A stretch of 64,000 nt of DNA from Bacteroidales bacterium. GTDB taxonomy: Bacteria; Bacteroidota; Bacteroidia; Bacteroidales; VadinHA17. Location of the stretch: the NCBI GenBank assembly GCA_050014255.1, contig JBEKDR010000010.1, forward strand, positions 587 to 64,586. The letters are read 5' to 3'. This document shows, in pieces, positions 8,527 through 14,963 of the stretch (position 1 is its first letter; each line of letters begins with the position of its first letter). The notes beneath the pieces are model-generated. The model saw only the letters and a program-made list of their open reading frames with translations. It was not told where the DNA came from and searched no databases. The position numbers and the translations under genes are program-made.

Positions 8527-9951
8527 ATGCTTTTGTTATTTTTTATTATTTCAGCCATTTCAGCTATCTCAATAGTCTTACTAAAGAACAAAACTATAAC
8601 TAAGATTATAACAATCTTCTATGCATTAGTACATATTTGGTTTACAATATATTGCTGGAACAACTTAAACAAAACCGAATTGAGTTATTTCACTTTTAAC
8701 GGCCCTGGTGTGTTACTTCTTTCAGTTTTGTCATTTTTAGCTCTGCCAACTATTTATCATGGATTTATATATGCAGCCGGGGACGAGGTGAAGAAATTTA
8801 ATATTTACCACGCCGCATTGATAGCTTTAATAACTTTTATGTCAGGTGCATACATGGCAAACGGAATGACGGTCCTTTGGATTTTTGTAGAAGCTACAAC
8901 CCTTGCCGTTGCAGCTCTTATATATCATGATCGTACCGAAATGGCATTGGAAGCAACATGGAAGTATGTGTTTATCTGTTCCACCGGTATAGCTCTGGCC
9001 TATTTGGGCATTTTATTTTTAGGATTTATTTACGGCCGTGGAGATGCCGCGAATCTGTCATTTACATCATTAGCCAATATTATTAATGAAGCTAATCCGA
9101 TGTACCTGAAAATTGCATTTATATTTGTCTTAGTTGGCTTTAGCACAAAGATGGGGCTTTTTCCCATGCATACGGTAACAATTGATGCTCATTCTGTCGC
9201 TCCACCTCCTATCAGTGCTTTGATCTCGACCACTTTAATGAACGTTGGCTTTTTGGCTATTTTCAGAGTTTATTATATGTTTTCTTCGTCCTCAATATTT
9301 AATTTTATGAATCATGTTTTGATCCTGTCGGGATTGTTGTCTTTGTTGATAGCTGCTGGTTATATGCTTAAAGCAAAACATCTTAAGAGAATGCTTGCTT
9401 ATTCAAGTCTTGAAAATATGGGACTGGTAGCTATTGCGATAGGAGTAGGAGGCGCGGGTTATTTCGCAGCATTTTTTCTGCTGGTACTTCATTCTTTATC
9501 CAAATCAAGTCTTTTTTATCAAATGGGTCAGCTTTCAAGGGTACTCCATACTTTCAAATTAGATGAATCTGGCAGATATATGGAACTTTATCCAGCAGGT
9601 GCTTTAGTACTTATTACCGGAATGTTCTGCATACTTGCCATTCCTCCGTCAGGATTATTTATTAGTGAGTTTATGATATTTAAAGCAATGGTTTTCAAAA
9701 ACCTGTGGTTTGTACTTTGTGCTGTAATATTACTGCTGTGCTTTGTGATTTACGCCATGAGTACCAGAATTATGCATATTGTATTTTCTAATCCCCGGAT
9801 CGAAAACAATCAAAAATCCCCGGAAAAAATTAGTCCGGTTGAGACTGTAAGTCAATTTATATTTCTTGTTGTTGTGATCATTATGTGTTTCTATCAACCT
9901 CCCTTTTTGGTGGATCTTATTAACCAGAGTATTTCCATTTTTACTAAATAG
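8527..9951 (+). CDS. HyfF/NuoN-M-like antiporter-type membrane subunit
   Basis: 474 aa and polytopic. It has the signatures WIFVEATTLAVAALIY, STKMGLFPMHTVTIDAHSVAPPPISALIS and KRMLAYSSLENMG. Confidence 0.85.
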   Translation: MLLLFFIISAISAISIVLLKNKTITKIITIFYALVHIWFTIYCWNNLNKTELSYFTFNGPGVLLLSVLSFLALPTIYHGFIYAAGDEVKKFNIYHAALIALITFMSGAYMANGMTVLWIFVEATTLAVAALIYHDRTEMALEATWKYVFICSTGIALAYLGILFLGFIYGRGDAANLSFTSLANIINEANPMYLKIAFIFVLVGFSTKMGLFPMHTVTIDAHSVAPPPISALISTTLMNVGFLAIFRVYYMFSSSSIFNFMNHVLILSGLLSLLIAAGYMLKAKHLKRMLAYSSLENMGLVAIAIGVGGAGYFAAFFLLVLHSLSKSSLFYQMGQLSRVLHTFKLDESGRYMELYPAGALVLITGMFCILAIPPSGLFISEFMIFKAMVFKNLWFVLCAVILLLCFVIYAMSTRIMHIVFSNPRIENNQKSPEKISPVETVSQFIFLVVVIIMCFYQPPFLVDLINQSISIFTK

Positions 9952-9959
9952 ACATTATC

Positions 9960-11480
9960 ATGGATCAAAAACCATATATAGAAATAAAAAACAATTCATT
10001 ATCAGAAGAAATTGACGAAATACCGGTTTTAAAATATGATAAATTTTATGATCAGGTTGTCGGGTTTTTAAAAGATGAAGCAAAACATTGTATAGCCTAT
10101 TACTGTTTCGAGTCATCGGATAAACTGAAATTTTTTTGTTGCATAGCAGATGACAATGAGAGTAGCATTGCAATATTCGCGCACGAGCTTAATAAGGATC
10201 AACGAAGATTAATATCTCTTACTCCTATATGTCCTCCGATTCATATTTTTGAACGCGAGATTCATGAAAATTCCGGAGTAGAATTCGAAGGTCATCCATG
10301 GCTGAAGCCCATAAGATATTCATATAACCGGATAGACAAATCAAAGATTATGGATAATTATCCTTTCTATAATATTGATAGTGAAGAATTGCATGAGGTG
10401 GGCGTTGGACCTGTTCATGCCGGTTTAATTGAGCCGGGTCATTTCAGGTTTATCTGTAACGGTGAAAAGGTTCTGCATCTTGAAATTCAACTTGGATACC
10501 AACATCGTGGAATTGAAGAGTTGTTTATTACAAAAAATACTCCATTACAGAGATGTATTCTTTCAGAGAGTATAGCTGGTGATTCTTCAGTTGGACATGC
10601 ATTGGCTCACTCACAGCTTATTGAGTCGTTAATTGGGATGGAAGCAGATGAAAAATTACAGGTAGAGCGATGTATTGCCCTGGAATTGGAAAAGCTGGCT
10701 GTTTGTATCGGCGATACTGCTGCTTTATGTGGCGATGTTGCTTATCAGCTTGGGCAAGTAGCCTGTGAAGCGCTCAGAACTACAATAATCAACACCACTC
10801 AACTTTGGTGTGGGAATCGCTTCGGCAAGGGCCTTGTCCGCCCAGGTGGCAGTAATTACCCCCTTGGTAATGATATAGCTGATGAGATATTAAAAATACT
10901 TGATAATTCAGGCGAACGGTTTAGTAAGATTGCCGATCGTGTCTATTCCCTGCCAAGTGTTCTTTCACGGTTTGATGATATCGGAATACTTACGAAACAA
11001 CAAGGTTTGGCAATTGGTGTCGTAGGTCCATCTGCTCGATCCTCCGGTATTTTGCGTGATGTGCGCAATACGCATCCGTTTCAATATTATAAAAAGTATT
11101 CCTTAAAACCGATAGTACTTGAAACTGGTGATGTACTTGCCCGTGGAATGATGCGTTGTCTTGAAGCCAGTGAATCGGTGAAAATCATTCGTGAACTTAT
11201 TGAAATTTGGCGCAAGAAAACTAGTAATAGTGAAAAACCGGTTTATGATTATAAGCTAAAACCCAATCGCTTTGCCATTTCGATGGTCGAAGGCTGGAGG
11301 GGTGAAATCTGCCACCTGGCTACCACTGATAAAAATGGAAATATCAGCAAGTACAAAGTGAAAGATCCTTCAATGCACAATTGGATGGCACTTGCACTTG
11401 CAGTACGTAATCAGGAAATATCGGATTTCCCGATTTGCAACAAAAGTTTTAACCTGAGCTATTGCGGGCATGATTTATAA
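9960..11480 (+). CDS. HycE/HyfG-like (NuoC-NuoD fusion) large subunit lacking the NiFe-binding cysteine pairs
   Basis: 506 aa with GVGPVHAGLIEPGHFRFICNGEKVLHLEIQLGYQHRGIE, typical of group 4 large subunits. The L1 position reads SESIAGDSSVGHALAH (nt 10566-10598) where hydrogenases have E-R-x-C-G-x-C-x-x-x-H. The C-terminus is FPICNKSFNLSYCGHDL instead of DPCxxCxxR. Confidence 0.85.
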   Translation: MDQKPYIEIKNNSLSEEIDEIPVLKYDKFYDQVVGFLKDEAKHCIAYYCFESSDKLKFFCCIADDNESSIAIFAHELNKDQRRLISLTPICPPIHIFEREIHENSGVEFEGHPWLKPIRYSYNRIDKSKIMDNYPFYNIDSEELHEVGVGPVHAGLIEPGHFRFICNGEKVLHLEIQLGYQHRGIEELFITKNTPLQRCILSESIAGDSSVGHALAHSQLIESLIGMEADEKLQVERCIALELEKLAVCIGDTAALCGDVAYQLGQVACEALRTTIINTTQLWCGNRFGKGLVRPGGSNYPLGNDIADEILKILDNSGERFSKIADRVYSLPSVLSRFDDIGILTKQQGLAIGVVGPSARSSGILRDVRNTHPFQYYKKYSLKPIVLETGDVLARGMMRCLEASESVKIIRELIEIWRKKTSNSEKPVYDYKLKPNRFAISMVEGWRGEICHLATTDKNGNISKYKVKDPSMHNWMALALAVRNQEISDFPICNKSFNLSYCGHDL

Positions 11481-11504
11481 ATCATTTATTGACAGTTTGT
11501 TACG

Positions 11505-12260
11505 ATGTTTAAAGAGGTAAAAGTATTGGTTAGTCACGGTCGACAGTATATAAAGAATTTACGTGCTCAAAATGTTTCGGACCTGTTCATGGGTCGTCCT
11601 GTAATTTCAGAAAATATTACAGATGAAGAAATAAAAGCCGTTTCCGAATTGTGTCCTGTAAAAGCCATTGATAGTAAATCAGGTTCAATAGATTTGGGAA
11701 AATGCATATTTTGCAAAGAATGTCACTTCATGTTGCCTCAAAGGATAGTGTTTACAAATGACTACCGTATTGCAGGAAACAGCCGTGAAGGACTAATTAT
11801 TAACCCTGGAGTTGAAAATCCCGTCAGACTTGATGAAACTCAGGTAAGAAGTGAAATAAGGAAACTTTTTAAAGGCGCATTAAAGCTTCGCGAGGTATCT
11901 GCCGGAGGAGATAATTCCTGCGAAATTGAACTAGCCGCTACCGGGAATGTAAATTTCGATATGGGACGTTATGGAATTGAATTTGTTGCATCTCCACGTC
12001 ATGCTGACGGGATCGTAATTACCGGCCCCATCTCCGGGAATATGGCTGAACCACTTGAGATTACTTATAAAGCAACTCCTTCACCTAAAATCATCATTCT
12101 TGCCGGTACTGATGCTATCAGCGGAGGTATCTTTGAAGGCAGCCCTGCTCTTGACAGAAGATTTATTGAACAAAATCATATAGATCTTTACCTACCAGGA
12201 AACCCGGTCCATCCGCTTACATTTATTAATGGCGTATTGGATCTGCTGGGGATAAAGTAG
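11505..12260 (+). CDS. HyfI/HycG/NuoB-like small subunit fused to a ferredoxin remnant; proximal-cluster cysteines largely lost
   Basis: 251 aa. The NuoB-like core is YGIEFVASPRHADGIVITGP. The cluster motifs read AGGDNSC (11901-11921), AGTDAISGG (12102-12128) and LPGNPV (12192-12209), so 1 of 4 Cys is retained. The N-terminal part has CP...CIFCKEC (11652-11723). Confidence 0.8.
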   Translation: MFKEVKVLVSHGRQYIKNLRAQNVSDLFMGRPVISENITDEEIKAVSELCPVKAIDSKSGSIDLGKCIFCKECHFMLPQRIVFTNDYRIAGNSREGLIINPGVENPVRLDETQVRSEIRKLFKGALKLREVSAGGDNSCEIELAATGNVNFDMGRYGIEFVASPRHADGIVITGPISGNMAEPLEITYKATPSPKIIILAGTDAISGGIFEGSPALDRRFIEQNHIDLYLPGNPVHPLTFINGVLDLLGIK

Positions 12261-12274
12261 TATTTACTTTTTGT

Positions 12275-12352
12275 CCTGCGCCCTGCGCCCTACGCCCTGC
12301 GCCCTGTGCCCTGCGCCCTACGCCCTGTGCCCTACGCCCTGCGCCCTGCGCC
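12275..12352. repeat. Tandem heptamer array (CCCTGCG and variants CCCTACG/CCCTGTG), about 11 copies
   Basis: Read directly: cctgcgccctgcgccctacgccctgcgccctgtgccctgcgccctacgccctgtgccctacgccctgcgccctgcgcc. It fills most of the 93-nt spacer between convergent stops at 12260 and 12354. The minus strand reads (GGGNNNN)n. Confidence 0.95.
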
Positions 12353-12353
12353 A

Positions 12354-14042
12354 TTAGTACCCCGCAGCCTGCCCGTCTTTTCGTGATTCAGAGGCTCCGA
12401 ACCATACTTTATTCTTATCATCCCACATGATAGCCTGATAACCTCCATAGCCTCCCAGGTCCCATTGTATTGTATGACCCATAGACATAAGTTTTTGAAT
12501 GACTTCTGTTCGAAAACCACTTTCAAGCAGTAAAATGCCGCCATTTGTCATTTGCTGGCCGGTTGGTTCTGATGATCCTATATGATGCATCCTCGGGGCA
12601 TCCCCGGCTTCCTGCAGATTCATTTTAAAATCAATGAGGTTAACCACTATCTGAACATGTCCCTGCGGCTGCATATCACCGCCCATTACTCCGAAACTGA
12701 TCCATGGCTTTTTATTTTTTGTTATAAATGCCGGTATTATTGTATGAAATGGCCTCTTACCCGGAGCATACACATTGTTATGACCTTCTTCAAGACTGAA
12801 CATTTCACCCCTGTCCTGAAGAACAAAGCCCAGTCCGGTCGGACACATACCTGAACCCATTCCGCGGTAATTGCTCTGGATGAGTGAAACCATATTGCCA
12901 TATCTGTCGGCAACTGTAAGATATATAGTATTTGAGGCTTCTATTTTACCCGGATCATAAATCTTTGCAGCTTTCTCCCTGTTTATAAGTTTGCGCCTTT
13001 CCGCGGCATATTTTTTTGAGAGAAGCTCTGATACCGGTATTTTACTGAAAAGAGGATCAGCGTAATATTTGGCGCGATCTTCGAAGGCTAATTTTTTAGC
13101 TTCAGTGAAAACATGAATATAATCAGCTGAGCCAAAGCCCATTGAAGCAATATCGAATCCTTCCAGAATATTAAGCATTTGAAGCGCTGCTATTCCCTGA
13201 CCGTTTGGAGGCAGTTCCCAGACCTCGTAACCCCGGTAGGTTGTGCTTACAGGTTCAACCCATTCTGAATGATGACGATACATATCATCATAGGTGAGGA
13301 ATCCTCCCTGTTTTTTCATAAATGAAGCTATCACTTTAGCAATTGATCCCTTGTAAAATTCAAATCGCCCCCCTTTTACAATTTTCTCCAGGGTGTTTGC
13401 TAATAGAGGGTTTTTGAAGATTTCACCTTTTGACGGAGTCTTTCCATGAGGCATATAAACCTCTTTTATATTCGGATATTCTTTTAAGAGATCAGTCCCT
13501 TGTTTGAGGGCATATGCAATAACCTCTGTAACGGGAAATCCCTCCCTTGCATAAGCAATTGCCGGTTGAAGGATATCCTTCATAGGAAGGTGCCCGAACA
13601 TATCGTGCATTTCAAACCATCCGTCAACACAGCCGGGAACTGAAACAGGCAGAGGACCATACGATGGAATAAATTCATATCCGTTTTCCTTAAAATATGC
13701 GAGTTTAAGAGAACGTGGAGATCTTCCGCTTCCATTCAATCCGTATAATTTCCCTTTATCAGCACTCCATATTATTGCAAAGAGATCTCCTCCGATACCG
13801 GCTCCGGTAGGTTCCACAACTCCCAGAACTGCATCAGCTGCTATTGCAGCATCAATAGCTGTGCCCCCTTTTTTCAGAATATCCAGAGCAACCTGGGTTG
13901 CCAGAGGCTGACTTGTCGCAGCCATTCCGTTACGTGCTATAACCTCTGACCTTGTGGCAAAATCGTGCCCGGTTATCCTATCCTGCGAATATACAGCAGC
14001 CGTTATCAGAATGGAAATAATAATTGATGCAATTCTTCTCAT
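12354..14042 (-). CDS. ggt: Gamma-glutamyltransferase family protein (secreted/periplasmic)
   Basis: GGT-family signatures: FGVMGGDMQPQGHVQ, TIYLTVADRYGNMVSLIQSN, GIGGDLFA. I prefer the start at MRRIASIIISILITAAVYSQ (ATG at 14042, signal peptide) over the ORF-track start at 14102, which would overlap the upstream gene. Confidence 0.85.
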   Translation of the reverse strand: MRRIASIIISILITAAVYSQDRITGHDFATRSEVIARNGMAATSQPLATQVALDILKKGGTAIDAAIAADAVLGVVEPTGAGIGGDLFAIIWSADKGKLYGLNGSGRSPRSLKLAYFKENGYEFIPSYGPLPVSVPGCVDGWFEMHDMFGHLPMKDILQPAIAYAREGFPVTEVIAYALKQGTDLLKEYPNIKEVYMPHGKTPSKGEIFKNPLLANTLEKIVKGGRFEFYKGSIAKVIASFMKKQGGFLTYDDMYRHHSEWVEPVSTTYRGYEVWELPPNGQGIAALQMLNILEGFDIASMGFGSADYIHVFTEAKKLAFEDRAKYYADPLFSKIPVSELLSKKYAAERRKLINREKAAKIYDPGKIEASNTIYLTVADRYGNMVSLIQSNYRGMGSGMCPTGLGFVLQDRGEMFSLEEGHNNVYAPGKRPFHTIIPAFITKNKKPWISFGVMGGDMQPQGHVQIVVNLIDFKMNLQEAGDAPRMHHIGSSEPTGQQMTNGGILLLESGFRTEVIQKLMSMGHTIQWDLGGYGGYQAIMWDDKNKVWFGASESRKDGQAAGY

Positions 14043-14085
14043 TACATAATCATTTAATAATACAAAGGTAAAAAAACCGTGCGTA

Positions 14086-14793
14086 CTATTTTGCCATTGC
14101 AAGGGCTTTTAATTCAGAGGGCATTTTCTCGATTGCATATCTTAATGAAGTCCTGGGCATTGTAGTTTTTTTATTCATAACATAATTGAAGACATCTTTC
14201 TGGTGAGCCTGGCTTGCAGCTTTGAGCATCCATCCATATCCTTTTTGAACCATATCGTCCTTATCGGAATGCAGGATATCAGCTATTTCGAAAATGTCGT
14301 TCAGAAACTTCCCTTTCCTGGCTGGTATAATCAGGGATACAGCCGAAGCACGCTTTACCCAGCGGTTCTGCGACTGAGCCCATTTTTTTAAACCCGATAT
14401 ATATTCGGGGTACATTTCTACAAAAGTTCCTATTGTATGATTACTTAGCGTATCGCAGGATGCCCAGTTTCCAATATAAGTGTTCACCCATTTTTCAAAT
14501 ATATCAAAATCACCAGGCTCATATTGTTTGTGTAAATTATATGACCAATTACAAGCTACAAATGATTCTTCCATATAACCCGACTTCCATAGCTCATTAC
14601 ATAGAAAGAAAATATGTTGCTTGCTCTTGTCTCCAACAGCTTTGAAATGTTCTTTGCTTATCCGGCTTACATCAGCCGATTTAAGTCCGTATATTTTAAC
14701 GTTTTCCTTGAAGAATCTTTCACCTGATGTCTTCGTCTTCGCATCAGCATTAAGAATCAATTCCTGCCTTATGCTTTCAATAATTTTATTCAT
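14086..14793 (-). CDS. DNA alkylation repair protein (AlkD-like HEAT-repeat family)
   Basis: MNKIIESIRQELILNADAKTKTSGERFFKENVKIYGLKSADV...NRWVKRASAVSLI resembles the PF08713-type family. I prefer the ATG at 14793 to the upstream in-frame start at 14817. Confidence 0.7.
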   Translation of the reverse strand: MNKIIESIRQELILNADAKTKTSGERFFKENVKIYGLKSADVSRISKEHFKAVGDKSKQHIFFLCNELWKSGYMEESFVACNWSYNLHKQYEPGDFDIFEKWVNTYIGNWASCDTLSNHTIGTFVEMYPEYISGLKKWAQSQNRWVKRASAVSLIIPARKGKFLNDIFEIADILHSDKDDMVQKGYGWMLKAASQAHQKDVFNYVMNKKTTMPRTSLRYAIEKMPSELKALAMAK

Positions 14794-14807
14794 GTTTTGT
14801 ACCCTTT

Positions 14808-14912
14808 TTAACCGCAAAGTACTCTAAGTAGCGCAAAGTACGCTAAGTTAATGCCGTATTTTTTTAGTTCTCTGCGATCTTTGCGAAAAATCTTTGCGAC
14901 CTTTGCGGTTAA
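14808..14912. repeat. 105-bp element bounded by perfect 12-bp inverted repeats TTAACCGCAAAG / CTTTGCGGTTAA and built of CGCAAAG/CTTTGCG words
   Basis: Read directly. Left arm: ttaaccgcaaagtactctaagtagcgcaaagtacgctaagt. Right arm: tctctgcgatctttgcgaaaaatctttgcgacctttgcggttaa. It occupies the divergent spacer between the AlkD-like and DPP-III genes. Confidence 0.85.
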
Positions 14913-14963
14913 TGGAATTCTAAGTTTTTAATAATATTGAATCCTGATTCCTTTATAATTAAT

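Noticed and set aside
9960-12260. Annotating the 506-aa and 251-aa genes as a functional formate hydrogenlyase / hydrogenase-4 catalytic pair (HyfG/HyfI)
   Set aside because: Homology is clear, but the L1/L2 NiFe cysteine pairs and three of the four proximal-cluster cysteines are absent from the sequence. No maturation or FdhF genes are nearby. I call it hydrogenase-related rather than hydrogenase.
12275-12352. Possible CRISPR array (also considered for 18357-18496)
   Set aside because: The period is only 7 nt with no unique spacers, and no cas genes are in the window. These are microsatellite-type tandem repeats.
14043-14102. Upstream extension of ggt (ORF-track start 14102) and of the AlkD-like gene (14817)
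   Set aside because: The internal Met codons give a proper signal peptide (ggt) or the family-typical N-terminus (MNKII...), and they remove the overlap between the two genes.
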